Shown here: positions 35,101 to 44,153 of the stretch, one piece after another
Position numbering within the stretch: position 1 is the first letter of the stretch
Layout of the letters: each line of letters starts with the position of its first letter
IMG/VR virus record: IMGVR_UViG_3300034109_001012
Length of the DNA stretch: 64,000 nt
Source of the DNA: a virus
Reading direction: 5' to 3' (one strand)
Notes under the pieces: generated by a model
Told to the model about the DNA's origin: nothing
The model's database searches: none
Seen by the model: only the letters and a program-made list of their open reading frames with translations
Made by a program: the position numbers and the translations under genes

Positions 35101-38100
35101 TCCAGAACAATGCCTTGAACTTGTGATCCTTTCAATGCTAATTTTCTGGCTTCTTCTGTTTGAAATAAACCAGCGTTAAGCTCTTTAGTCTGCTTAATTG
35201 TCTGAATTGTATTGTCACCAACATCTTTTAAAGTCTCATTCCTTAGTTTGGATTGCATTTTGATTAGGCGATCGCCTTCTCTGTTGGCGTTTGCTTCTGC
35301 AACAGTTGTTATACCTTTCTGTGGGTTGTAAAGGGTAGTCATAACCGCAGCGTTGAGATTCCCTATAAAATTAGTAAACCGCCCCAAACCCTCTAGTGAG
35401 AAAATTTCCCCAATCCGATCCCCAATCCCTTTCTCAATTTCACCCGGTGCGCCTGCTCTAAAAGCCTCAATCTGATTTTGAAGTATTGATAATTCCTGAG
35501 CGGTGATTTTTCCATCTTCCCCGGCTTTCCGCATGGCTTTGGACATAGCTGTGAACTGTCCAGAGGTAAGATTGCCAGCTTCTTTTAATTCGTTTAATTT
35601 GTTTTTGAGGGGATCGAGTGCGTCCGCGTTTCCGGTGTTGGATTCCGATAGTGCAACTAAATTGGCTTTGAATGCCAACAAAGCCCCGTCCTTTCCAGAT
35701 TCCTTCTCTAGTGCCTTGAGAGCTTTGGTCGTCTCATCAATGCCCTTACTGATAGCATTGGCTGTACCAAAACCAAATATATGAGCAATTTCTTTTCCTG
35801 CAAATACAAACGCCGCACCAATAGCCAACCCAATTGGAACAATAGGGCCAAGTGCCGTTAACGCTGCACCAGCTAACTCTGTTATTAATTCAAATCCTTC
35901 TTTAGCCCCTGCGTATACCGCCTTACCTGTTTTTTCCCCGACAAAACCAAGGGCTTGCCAGACTGTTAACCTCTCGTTTATTCCCGATAATCTTCTAGCC
36001 TCAGCAGCCCGTCTAGCGTCCCCTATACTCGCACCCCCGCGTCTTCTAGCCCGTTCCCTTAATTCGTCTCTAGTTGGCTTGCGTGGATCGTCAACTTCTG
36101 GATTGGATGCCATGAAGTCGCCAAAAGTTCCAACAGGTACCAGAGGCACCAGAGGCACCGGTCTTGGGATACCCGACACTTCTTGTTGATTTACCCGATC
36201 TGGTAATTGTTCAGGAAGACCAATTAATGATCGAAAACCTTTTTCTGCTTTAACTCCCGCAGATTCAACAGCCGCTCCTACACTTCCAAAAAATCCATCT
36301 AACGCCTTTTTAAATTCACTGGTCTGGCTGGAGACAGAGGTAACTAATTGGCGAGGAAGATCCTTGAGTGATTCAAAAGTTTGCTTACTTTTTTTAGTTA
36401 AAATCTCCAGGGAATAAAAGCCAGCGTTTGAAATGGACGCTTGAAAAGATTTTATCTTACTGGGTAAGCCTTGTAGACTTTCTGATACTTGTCCAAAACC
36501 AGTTTTTAAAGCGCCAAAAATAGATGTAAAAGTATTGACACTGATTATCTGTTTTAAGGTTTTAAATTGATTCGAGACTGCTGTTGTGGTTCGAGTTGAT
36601 GCAGCCAAAAACTTAGCTTGAGCTTTTTCTATCAATGTAAAATCAGCAACATTGGCACTTCTTAAATTGCTGAAATAATCTTTTTGTTGTTCGGCAAATG
36701 ACCTCCGCGATCTCACTATCTCGGATGATGATCCCAATCTTCTGTTAACTCCATCGGCGTTAGCACTTCTTAGATTTTCTAAATCTATAGGACTTGCTGT
36801 TTGCCGACCTCTGGCTAAATCAAAAATATTTTTCTGCTGAACAATTGTTTGCGACTGTTGGGCTTTTTTGAATCCAGGTATTTTATTGGCAATCAAATCT
36901 TTAAGGTTGCCAATGTAATTTTTTGTTTGTTTATTGAGATCGTTAAATAATTCTTTCTGTTTACCAAAAACAGCTGTTATCCCTTCAAATCCTTTGCTTA
37001 ATTTATTCCCAATATTTAGATTTGAGAATATCCCGGCAAACTTAATTAATCCAGACTGAAGCCCAACAAAAGCTAGTTTAGCCTTATCCCCTAAAGCAGT
37101 AAATGACGCAGTGACTTTATTGATTGTAGACTGAAGAAATCCAAACCGACTAGACGCTTGAGATGCGGCTTCTCCTGATCCTAGTAGTGCGCGAGCTTGT
37201 TTCTGCTGTGATAAACTAAAGTCATCAACAGCAGCACTTTTGAGATTATTAAAATATTCTTCTTCCCTACCTTTAAAAGTTTTCTGAACTCTCGTTATCT
37301 CAGATGATGTTGGTAAAGACTTGATAGTTACATCGCCAGTGGCACTCTTAAGATTGTCGAGATATTTACTTTTTGCTATTTTGCTATTCTGTTGAATCTT
37401 TTCAATCTGACCAACTACTTCAGGCTGAACGCTTTGTGCTTTTCCTCTATCCTGAGCATTCTGCCAGAAGTTTTTAAACCCTTCTACAGCTTTATCTTTT
37501 AATGTGAGAATATATAGCTTTAATCTCTGTATTAATCCTAGTAGTATTTCCTTCTGAGAATTAAAGACACTGTTTAAATTCTCGAATCCTTTTGTTAAAT
37601 TTATAGACTTAATAGTTTTACTGAGTTCTAAGATCCTTCCCCTGATACCAGTAACAGTTTTACCTATTCTGTCCCCAACTAAAGCAAATGTTGAACCAAT
37701 CCCCAACGTAACAGACTGTAAAAGACCAGTCTTCTTGACACTATCCCCAACTAGACTTTGTGACTCGTAGAATTCTTTAGTTCGTGCCAATGCGCTTGTC
37801 TTATTGCCCAAGACGGCTAATTGTCCGCCTTTTGTTTCTCGTTCTTGGATTTTTTTCTTTCTGGCTTCCCTGCGTCTATCTAGTTCCGTTAATAGTTCCC
37901 ATTGTCGCTCCTCTTTCTGAACCTCGATGTCAACTTCTGGTATTCGCTTAAAAGTATCTGGAGCGCTTGGTTTGTTCAGGGAATCTCGAAGTTTTTTCTC
38001 AAGTTCAGCCCGTTTTAGTTTTGGATCAATCCCTGGAGTCTCTATAGGACTATCTGGGACGCTTGGGATGTTTTTCTCAAGTTCAGCCCGTCGCCTTGCT

Positions 38101-40103
38101 GCATAAGCCTCTACCTGTTGATCCATTTCCAAAGGTTGAGAACCCTTCACTTTATCTACACCACTACCCAAAACGTCTTTCAACCCTGAGTAATACTTCT
38201 GGGTAGTTTCTGCTAATTTCTTAATAGCTTCTTTCTGTCCTGTAAATTTCTCGGTAATTTCTTCTATTTTCTTCCCAACCGTTGTACTTCTAATTGTTTC
38301 AGCGAAACCAAGAAATCCAGATTTAGCCCCTTTAATTGCTTCTGTTTTTCCTGCTATTGCTAACTTATGGCTTTGATCTATCCCGATCATCTGTTTGATA
38401 ACCGATCTATAGCCCTTTTTCTGTATAATTAATTCTTTAATAATTCCGATCTGTTTTCCGAGTTGACCGGACAATGCTAAACTAATAACTCTTAATAATG
38501 CCAGATTAGTAATAACCGGAACGATAGCACCGACTAACTGTTTAAACGCTATTCCTGCGGAATTAACTTGAATTTTAAATAACAAATAAGAAGCAATCGC
38601 TTTCTTTACGGGGTCGGGAATATTGGCAATAAATTTACTTAATTTTTCTAAATAAGCAAGTCCGGGTTCAAATACGGGGGCGAGGGATTCTCCTAACTGA
38701 ATGATAGTTTCTTCAAATCGGTTGGCTATCTTTTGAAACCTAGAAATCCTGTCATCTGTAGCAGTTTTAGCAACTTCATCTAAACTCTGAGCATTGGCAT
38801 TAGCTTTGATTGCTGCGGTGACATTCTTGTAATCCTGTCCTTTGTTGGAACTTAACCCTAAAGCAGTCCGATAAGCTAAAGTGTCGGGAAGAATTTGAGC
38901 TAATTTAGTTTGATCTCCCCCTGTTGCCTCAAAAACATCTTGAATTGATTTTGCTAACCCTTTCTCCTGAACTTCTCTAATATCAAATCGAATTCTTTTC
39001 CCTTCTGAATCTCGAAGTTTGGCGATCTCTTTTGCAGCTTCGGGTGTCTTATCAATAATACTTCTAGCTAACGCCTGAATACCTGTTAATGCCACTGGTG
39101 TTGATGTACCCTGGGCGGTTAAAACAGAGGTAGCCGCGGCTAAATCTTCAATGCTAATTCCTGCTGTTTTAGCAACTTGAGAAGCTTGTCCGAAAGTTTG
39201 GGATAATTCCTGAATCGTTGTAATCCCATTCTCTACCGTACCGTTTAAGATTGCGCTGACACGGGTAGCTTGAGACGCTTCTAATCCATAGGCTCGGAGG
39301 GTTTTTGTCAACAACTGAAGGGTAGCAGTAGGATCAACGGCTTGACCACCAGCACCCGCAATTCCGATTAATTTTAGACCGGGTTCTAGTACCTGTTGAG
39401 ATGATTTAGTATCTGTAAACCCCCCAGATAGAACTTCGTATTGTCCTAATAATGCTTCTGTTGTTGTAACTGAATTGTCTAATTTATCTCTTAGTAACGA
39501 TTGAATTTGTTTTCTGTTTTTATTTAAGTCTGTAGCCGTTGCTCGTTTAGCCGTACCCGATTCGGTAAATTCAGTGGAGGATTTGAGGATGGTTCCCACA
39601 CGGGCGGACGCACTCTCAACGGCGTTTAACTTAGCGACGGCTACCTGAGCAAAACTTTCTACTGCTACCTGACTCCCTGATATGGCATCCCTCAACGTCA
39701 TAAACCCCTGAATGGAATCAGTGCTTACCCCTGAACGTTGCATCTGTTCTAATGTCTCAGGAATGCGTTTTAAAGATACATAGGCATCACTCGCACCCTT
39801 AGCTAAGAGTGTAAATTGTTGAGCATAAAAAGCAATATTAGAAGCCTTGCCGATAATAGTGGAAAGCTCAGTATTTAAACTGATAACTTTCCGCATATTT
39901 CTGGCAAAATCATCGGCATTCTTAGCCCCAATAACAAGGGCAGAGGTGGAGGATCTTAACCCTTTTTCAAGGAATGGTAAAGCCATACCCGTAGCCGTTA
40001 AGCCGATCTGCATATAGGTTAACTGTGTCGAGATATTCCCAACACCTTTAGCAAAACCATCGTCAATCAGACCTAGTTTTAAACTCGCGCCTTGTTCTAC
40101 CAT
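32178..40103 (-). CDS. tail tape measure protein (2641 aa)
   Basis: The N-terminal region resembles the TP901-type TMP core (LLGQYEVLSGGF, TTIQELSQTFGQASQVAKTAGISIEDLAAATSVLTAQG). Very long coiled coils follow. The gene lies downstream of the tail chaperone genes. Confidence 0.85.
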   Translation of the reverse strand: MVEQGASLKLGLIDDGFAKGVGNISTQLTYMQIGLTATGMALPFLEKGLRSSTSALVIGAKNADDFARNMRKVISLNTELSTIIGKASNIAFYAQQFTLLAKGASDAYVSLKRIPETLEQMQRSGVSTDSIQGFMTLRDAISGSQVAVESFAQVAVAKLNAVESASARVGTILKSSTEFTESGTAKRATATDLNKNRKQIQSLLRDKLDNSVTTTEALLGQYEVLSGGFTDTKSSQQVLEPGLKLIGIAGAGGQAVDPTATLQLLTKTLRAYGLEASQATRVSAILNGTVENGITTIQELSQTFGQASQVAKTAGISIEDLAAATSVLTAQGTSTPVALTGIQALARSIIDKTPEAAKEIAKLRDSEGKRIRFDIREVQEKGLAKSIQDVFEATGGDQTKLAQILPDTLAYRTALGLSSNKGQDYKNVTAAIKANANAQSLDEVAKTATDDRISRFQKIANRFEETIIQLGESLAPVFEPGLAYLEKLSKFIANIPDPVKKAIASYLLFKIQVNSAGIAFKQLVGAIVPVITNLALLRVISLALSGQLGKQIGIIKELIIQKKGYRSVIKQMIGIDQSHKLAIAGKTEAIKGAKSGFLGFAETIRSTTVGKKIEEITEKFTGQKEAIKKLAETTQKYYSGLKDVLGSGVDKVKGSQPLEMDQQVEAYAARRRAELEKNIPSVPDSPIETPGIDPKLKRAELEKKLRDSLNKPSAPDTFKRIPEVDIEVQKEERQWELLTELDRRREARKKKIQERETKGGQLAVLGNKTSALARTKEFYESQSLVGDSVKKTGLLQSVTLGIGSTFALVGDRIGKTVTGIRGRILELSKTIKSINLTKGFENLNSVFNSQKEILLGLIQRLKLYILTLKDKAVEGFKNFWQNAQDRGKAQSVQPEVVGQIEKIQQNSKIAKSKYLDNLKSATGDVTIKSLPTSSEITRVQKTFKGREEEYFNNLKSAAVDDFSLSQQKQARALLGSGEAASQASSRFGFLQSTINKVTASFTALGDKAKLAFVGLQSGLIKFAGIFSNLNIGNKLSKGFEGITAVFGKQKELFNDLNKQTKNYIGNLKDLIANKIPGFKKAQQSQTIVQQKNIFDLARGRQTASPIDLENLRSANADGVNRRLGSSSEIVRSRRSFAEQQKDYFSNLRSANVADFTLIEKAQAKFLAASTRTTTAVSNQFKTLKQIISVNTFTSIFGALKTGFGQVSESLQGLPSKIKSFQASISNAGFYSLEILTKKSKQTFESLKDLPRQLVTSVSSQTSEFKKALDGFFGSVGAAVESAGVKAEKGFRSLIGLPEQLPDRVNQQEVSGIPRPVPLVPLVPVGTFGDFMASNPEVDDPRKPTRDELRERARRRGGASIGDARRAAEARRLSGINERLTVWQALGFVGEKTGKAVYAGAKEGFELITELAGAALTALGPIVPIGLAIGAAFVFAGKEIAHIFGFGTANAISKGIDETTKALKALEKESGKDGALLAFKANLVALSESNTGNADALDPLKNKLNELKEAGNLTSGQFTAMSKAMRKAGEDGKITAQELSILQNQIEAFRAGAPGEIEKGIGDRIGEIFSLEGLGRFTNFIGNLNAAVMTTLYNPQKGITTVAEANANREGDRLIKMQSKLRNETLKDVGDNTIQTIKQTKELNAGLFQTEEARKLALKGSQVQGIVLEKENKETNDLIKANELLISGYQSQQKERQKLLDETTDTGLKQQLNDQFDAAQAQIDNLQKRTEALKQAREQITKYYNETLPVLQQAVVASSVNPLEGNNALDDAFSVFKEKYIDEGKVFLKDVQQQRTEGQAVLDQILQNYDRNLLKSRDVANKVKSVLDESFITLTKDGRQIKGSIFDIDTQKNLISQIAQFNSQATAERISQIELESSATVTAGQLRRASEEDVIKRTSGLQQEKLGLQKKQLESELELRLQYGIKVIDLENQLKQINLEIAQAEFNAREKLIQKQLEQKLQALNTEKTLISAQVAERGLSEEDAQAKVADLQIKEFKLRANELKRQLNQFKANGVKNVELENEYAQTRNQIREAEAKEKNRLKDLDFETQRKQLENENQRADLRKQALESEYDLLQKQAQLTENITSSRNQLADTESRYVQSQLQNQAKLTRDPLKQAEVELRVIKEREVDLVRTQKAELESLATRQKLLDLDLKRQVSQIELQELEAESQAQILKFELERATKQKRSPEEIEAIKLQIQGNKQRTEALTQQLNLTNQQVNQQGEINKNEQKRVNLTQQIESENAKIEKKLAKQKLIQEQIDKVTKSFVLSQQQIQQGYDKQTSALEKQNTIIGFQKQLLEARQRAFSDRLGIVTSEMGLASQLIVNEKQRQVLAQSTATIKLKALDQQQKAEREVLLLNQQQAKVQGQIDALKLKGQQAQNKAEVAQAQADLAKLEASGATPEEIAAGQMNLEAKLMAGQGLALQASLLPLQSQLLDFSQEQEIRNLDQRQKLDRMQAKSELANTLPEGRQQAQLKQQIINEALSDVYGKKVTDWNYTSVLDQIQRGDQSELNRLINGKDQETMRGRSGSVYIDYGKPPEVQGLNVPTDRLDEIFKKIQALSDPVSPDLQMGTPSAPSLSIGQTEYTRFQQTAQNVENNVKMEVGGVKITVTSPGDVGKNLEQEILKAFDNIMIETKRRM
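36560..37630 (-). repeat. internal ~190-200-aa tandem duplication within the tape measure gene (approximate bounds)
   Basis: ...KGFENLNSVFNSQKEILL...YFNNLKSAAVDDFSLSQQKQARALL... is paralleled by ...KGFEGITAVFGKQKELFN...YFSNLRSANVADFTLIEKAQAKFL... Confidence 0.6.
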
Positions 40104-40122
40104 TACCCCATCCCCCCTTTAA

Positions 40123-40581
40123 TTAACTCTGTACCCAATTAACTAAATAATTGGCAATCTTTTCTAATAAGATCGGATGCCAAAATATAAACGGTCTATC
40201 CCTTTGTAATCGAGATGCTTTGGTTAATGCCGTCCCGAAAACAATCTCGGATTCTGTGACATTAAATACCTCGTAGGGATGACCCTCGACTGTTAATGAT
40301 TGCTGAAGTTCCCCTGTATCTCTAAGAATTTGACCGCCATAACGTCTAGGGTTTTGGACTAGATAAGATTCCGAAAGTGATCGCCATTGAACACCACCAA
40401 ATACCTCACCTCCAGTTTCAACAGAGGGGGCATTAGCAAAACGGGTGTCCACATCTTCTTGCATCATTAAACGAATAGCAGGGGCGGCGGATGCGATATC
40501 TTCTGCCCTGAGTTTAAACCCTGCAATTCGTTTAATTTCTTTGTTGATTTCTGATGAATCAATACTAAGTTTAATCCCCAT
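40123..40581 (-). CDS. virion morphogenesis (Mu gpG / tail-S-like) protein
   Basis: The start is taken at MGIKLSID. FGGVQWRSLSESYLVQNPRRYGGQILRDTGELQQSLT resembles the virion-morphogenesis family motif. Confidence 0.55.
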   Translation of the reverse strand: MGIKLSIDSSEINKEIKRIAGFKLRAEDIASAAPAIRLMMQEDVDTRFANAPSVETGGEVFGGVQWRSLSESYLVQNPRRYGGQILRDTGELQQSLTVEGHPYEVFNVTESEIVFGTALTKASRLQRDRPFIFWHPILLEKIANYLVNWVQS

Positions 40582-40840
40582 TTTCCCCCATGTTGGCATC
40601 TGGAAAAAATGAAGCCATAGACAGAATCCGTGGCATCTGTTCCCCTGCAATCGAGATCCTCAATTCCCGTTTTAGGAGATCAGCTTTTTGATCTTTCAAG
40701 GTTTCCTCGGCTTGACGTTTTGCTCTGTCTTCATCGCTCATTCTATGCTCAACAGTTTGGAATAACAAACACTCAAGAAACTCCGCAGGGTATTCATTAG
40801 AAAGTGCGATCGCTCCTTGAGGTTCGTAGGCTTCAATCAA
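40571..40840 (-). CDS. tail assembly chaperone T-part (probably made only as a -1 frameshift fusion)
   Basis: The only candidate start is TTG. The frame is open well upstream and is the -1 frame of 40855..41370. Confidence 0.5.
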   Translation of the reverse strand: MIEAYEPQGAIALSNEYPAEFLECLLFQTVEHRMSDEDRAKRQAEETLKDQKADLLKRELRISIAGEQMPRILSMASFFPDANMGENGD

Positions 40841-40854
40841 TTGAGCAAGAAGGT

Positions 40855-41370
40855 CTACTTCGTAGTTTCCACTGCCTCTAATTCTGCGAGTTCCTGTTCC
40901 CGTATCTTCTGCCGTTCCCTCTCCTTGTCCACTAGGATTTGCAAAAAATTGAGATTGTGCAGATCCGCTATTACTCCAGGCTCGATTAAAGTGGCTTCGC
41001 CTTTAGCGTCAACATCTCGATTCCCTGCCTCATCATAGGATGTGGTAACAAATAGTCGGGTAATTTGGGGCCAGTCATCAGCATCGACTAAAGCCTGAAA
41101 ATCAATCGGACGGGTTTGACCGACAACAGGAATTAATGTTGACAATTGTTGGCATAGGGGGATAAAGGTTTCATCGCAAAACAAGTCACCGATAGATCCC
41201 CCAATCTCGACATACAACTCAAGGATTAACTTCTGAATTTCTGCAATTTTTCCCCATTTAACAAAGGGTGCAGCTGTGATTAATTCAGAGGTGATAAATT
41301 CCCCTGTTATCGGGTCATAATAACTAACTGTTGCAGTCCGTCTCGGTTGTCTTTTTTTAATCTCAGTCAT
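40855..41370 (-). CDS. tail assembly chaperone (G-like)
   Basis: The start is taken at MTEIKKRQP, 4 nt after the tube gene stop. Its position between the tube gene and the TMP, and its acidic C-terminus, support the call. Confidence 0.5.
   Translation of the reverse strand: MTEIKKRQPRRTATVSYYDPITGEFITSELITAAPFVKWGKIAEIQKLILELYVEIGGSIGDLFCDETFIPLCQQLSTLIPVVGQTRPIDFQALVDADDWPQITRLFVTTSYDEAGNRDVDAKGEATLIEPGVIADLHNLNFLQILVDKERERQKIREQELAELEAVETTK
40942..40948 (-). promoter_or_regulatory. candidate -1 frameshift heptamer T_TTT_TTG
   Basis: The minus strand reads aaT TTT TTG in the zero frame of the chaperone gene. The -1 frame then runs without a stop to 40571. Confidence 0.5.
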
Positions 41371-41374
41371 ATTT

Positions 41375-42184
41375 TTAAGCTGCACAATATACGGTTTCTG
41401 CGGTGTCAATTAGCTTGAACGGGTCACACCAATCAAGGGGTTGGATGATTTGCATAGGGATTTGTAGCTGTTCAGAACTAGGATCAAATTGACCTTGAGA
41501 CGGATCGATAATTACCTCTGGAATATAGATAATCATTACCCGTTTATCAGTCCCTACGACTAACCCAGAAAACTCATGGGCATTCAAAGGATCGCCCATA
41601 GAATTGCCAGCGATTGACCGACTAATTGAAAGGGTAACAAATGCTCCGTCCTCAACCAAGTTATCGGAAAATTTCAAAGCCCGATTAGCACCAACAGCAA
41701 AAGTATTAGCAGTTGTTCCCGAAAAACTAGCGAAGGGCTGCTGGGTCAAAGGAACCGATTTTTTAGCTCCGGTAATATCGGTTTTAGAGCCATAGGTCTC
41801 GGCATCGGCAACGATACCAAATCCCACCTGTCCAGTTGTTGCAGCCGCGTAAGTGGCTGTCTTAGCCTGAACTTGGAAGGGTTGAGTAACGTCGTAAGTG
41901 CCGGATTCAAGTTGTTTTCCCATAGCAAAGGCAAGCATTTCAAAATTGAAACCTGAGTAGGTTAGTGTGGCTACGGGATCAGAACTTTGAATTAGAATAT
42001 CGTCGGTAATGTTTTCCCCTAAGTTGTTGCGTCGGGTTGTTTTCCGAGTTTGGCGGTTAGGGTTAATGGCAACGTTAGATGGGGTTTTCCAGTTGTAAAC
42101 GAGTCCGGTTTTTAAATCCCTTAGCGTTGCGTTGGTATTGGCAATAAACTGAAACGTTACCGCGTCACGTTGTGATTGAGCCAT
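41375..42184 (-). CDS. major tail (tube) protein candidate
   Basis: 269 aa with beta-rich composition. It lies immediately upstream of the chaperone pair. Confidence 0.5.
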   Translation of the reverse strand: MAQSQRDAVTFQFIANTNATLRDLKTGLVYNWKTPSNVAINPNRQTRKTTRRNNLGENITDDILIQSSDPVATLTYSGFNFEMLAFAMGKQLESGTYDVTQPFQVQAKTATYAAATTGQVGFGIVADAETYGSKTDITGAKKSVPLTQQPFASFSGTTANTFAVGANRALKFSDNLVEDGAFVTLSISRSIAGNSMGDPLNAHEFSGLVVGTDKRVMIIYIPEVIIDPSQGQFDPSSEQLQIPMQIIQPLDWCDPFKLIDTAETVYCAA

Positions 42185-42188
42185 TGTT

Positions 42189-42635
42189 TTAAGCCTCTAA
42201 ATAATCAATTCCAGTAAAACTAAAACGCAAGAAAGCATAGACGGGTTGAGACAGTTCATTAACCATGATCCTGTACTCGGATCTAAAACTTCCTTGTGTT
42301 ATAATTGGGGAACAGTTCTTAGACTCTTTCCACTGAGTCAAAGCCTCATTAAGTTGCCAACTAACCCATCTCAAAATGCCCGGCAAAAGCTCTTGATCTG
42401 GGAATGATAGGCAATAGGAAATTACAAAGCTGGTTTGGCTTTTCGGGTGTCCATACTCAAAGTTGTCAGACAACCGATAAACTTTGAGTAATGGAAATCT
42501 CGATAAATCAGGATTGACGGCATCATAACAAACGGTATCCCGACACGCGATCAGATTGGGGTCAATCTTTTTAAGCTCGGAGTTTAACCACTCTTGTAAA
42601 TATTTAGCTAATTTAAGACATACAGGATCAAGCAT
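42189..42635 (-). CDS. tail completion/terminator-like protein
   Basis: 148-aa ORF. The call rests on position only. Confidence 0.35.
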   Translation of the reverse strand: MLDPVCLKLAKYLQEWLNSELKKIDPNLIACRDTVCYDAVNPDLSRFPLLKVYRLSDNFEYGHPKSQTSFVISYCLSFPDQELLPGILRWVSWQLNEALTQWKESKNCSPIITQGSFRSEYRIMVNELSQPVYAFLRFSFTGIDYLEA

Positions 42636-42813
42636 ATCTATTCCCCCTTCTTTTCAGTCTAGGGGTTTGTTTTGTTTTCCTGCGTTTTAATGGTTTGGAG
42701 GCATCACAACAGCATCCGGGTTTGGCAAAGTTAGCGAGTTTAGATTTCAGTATTCTCAAGTTGTTGCCTCCAAATTGAGCGAGTTTAAGGTATAGGGAAG
42801 GGAAGTCGATCAT
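42628..42813 (-). CDS. small basic protein sharing the MIDFP(S/T)L N-terminal module
   Basis: MIDFPSLYLKLAQF...ANFAKPGCCCDASKPLKRRK parallels the N-terminus of 42891..44138. Confidence 0.45.
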   Translation of the reverse strand: MIDFPSLYLKLAQFGGNNLRILKSKLANFAKPGCCCDASKPLKRRKTKQTPRLKRRGNRYA

Positions 42814-42890
42814 TTTGTTTTTGGGTTGGGAGAAATTAGTCTATTTAGATTTACGCCGTCTTAGTGTACTGTTTCCAAAGTTGGTTAGGG

Positions 42891-44138
42891 TTATTTTGGC
42901 GTTAAAGTCTTTTTTTTTGGCGTTAAAGATTTTATCTTTATTTTTACATCCCAGACGTTACTATAATCTGTTTTATATTCAATCCCTTTGTTATCAAGAA
43001 TTTTAGTAACACCCGCCAATCTTTCTGGCGTAGTATTAATCCCGTGTTGATGTATTGATACGCCCTCTATTTTGTTCTGTTTAACAAAGGATGAGATATC
43101 GGCTTTAAATGCCTTCCTTTTGGCTTTATTTTCTGCATTCTTTTTATCCCTTTCTTCCTGTCCAGGGAATCCGATCCAATTCCCATCAACATCGTAAGCA
43201 GTATCGCCAAATCTTTCAGGTTTCTTAACTTCAGCTATAGGTTTTGGTTCAGGTTTTGGTTTAGGTTCAGTTGCCGGAGGTAACTTCTCGGCTTTTTCCT
43301 TTGCATCCCTAGCGTCTCGTGCATTAACTTCTTCTTCTGCACCTTGTTTTGTCATCCCATATTGAGCCTGTACTATTCCGACCTTGACTGCGTGTAATTG
43401 TTCGTTATTTAGATCCTTGTTTTTTAAGTCTACTGATTTAATCAAATCAGTCATTTCTACTGCGCTATTTTCAGCTTGCTTGAGTGTTTCATCCATCTCT
43501 CGATAACCGTATTTAAACGTATGAAATCGCAAGCCATTAGGAATATGTGTTACTGCATAGCCATCTATCGTGTCTGTCTGTTTTCCTGTCCACTGTTCTG
43601 CTCTATAGTTAGGGTGAATAGCTAAATCACCCCTTGCCATAGCCTCTATCTTAGTTTCACCCGTCCCAGTTTTTATCGTTATTTCTGACTTTTTAAAACC
43701 CTTTTTCTCTAATCTTTTTACCAACAATTCCGGTACGGGTTTCATTTTTGATTCAGTTTCAATGCCTTTGATCTCTATTTTGCCAGATTGTTCTTTAACT
43801 GGCTCTACCTTCTTATTCTGCCACCCCTTCACTCTCTCTCGTGCCTTATCCCTAAACCCTTGCTCACGGTTTTGTAAAGCCGTTCTACCCTTCTCTGTAC
43901 GGCTTTTCTGACTCTTTTCTTTAGCTTCTTGATACTTCTGATAAGTCAGAGGTTGCTTGAGTTTATTACCTGTTTTTGGATGTGTCCAACACTTATTCCG
44001 ACGTGGGATAAAAACACCTTTGTTGCCACACGGGTATCCCTCACCCCGCGCGAATTGTGCCATGCGAGGATAGAATTTTTCCATCCAATTGGGGATGTAT
44101 TTAACAAGGCTCGGAAACAAAGTTGGAAAGTCAATCAT
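42891..44138 (-). CDS. Lys-rich virion-associated candidate with MIDFPTL N-terminal module
   Basis: 415 aa. MIDFPTLFPSLVKY...AQFARGEGYPCGNKGVFIPRRNK, plus a PEPKPKPEPKP linker. Confidence 0.45.
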   Translation of the reverse strand: MIDFPTLFPSLVKYIPNWMEKFYPRMAQFARGEGYPCGNKGVFIPRRNKCWTHPKTGNKLKQPLTYQKYQEAKEKSQKSRTEKGRTALQNREQGFRDKARERVKGWQNKKVEPVKEQSGKIEIKGIETESKMKPVPELLVKRLEKKGFKKSEITIKTGTGETKIEAMARGDLAIHPNYRAEQWTGKQTDTIDGYAVTHIPNGLRFHTFKYGYREMDETLKQAENSAVEMTDLIKSVDLKNKDLNNEQLHAVKVGIVQAQYGMTKQGAEEEVNARDARDAKEKAEKLPPATEPKPKPEPKPIAEVKKPERFGDTAYDVDGNWIGFPGQEERDKKNAENKAKRKAFKADISSFVKQNKIEGVSIHQHGINTTPERLAGVTKILDNKGIEYKTDYSNVWDVKIKIKSLTPKKKTLTPK

Positions 44139-44153
44139 TCTATCCTCGCACCT

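Noticed and set aside
34330-35784. Plus-strand ORFs 34330..34518 and 35503..35784 inside the tape measure gene. Similar antisense ORFs include 1734..2006, 2606..2854, 3227..3439, 4056..4280, 4589..4961, 5174..5614, 11236..11628, 21586..22264, 23776..25033, 26861..27109, 29809..30301, 45139..45405, 46253..46689, 47264..47557, 49019..49321, 50291..50671, 53377..54141, 56165..56539 and 60716..60955.
   Set aside because: All are embedded antisense or out of frame within longer, motif-supported genes. They have Ser/Leu/Cys/Pro-rich shadow-frame composition and no independent start signals.
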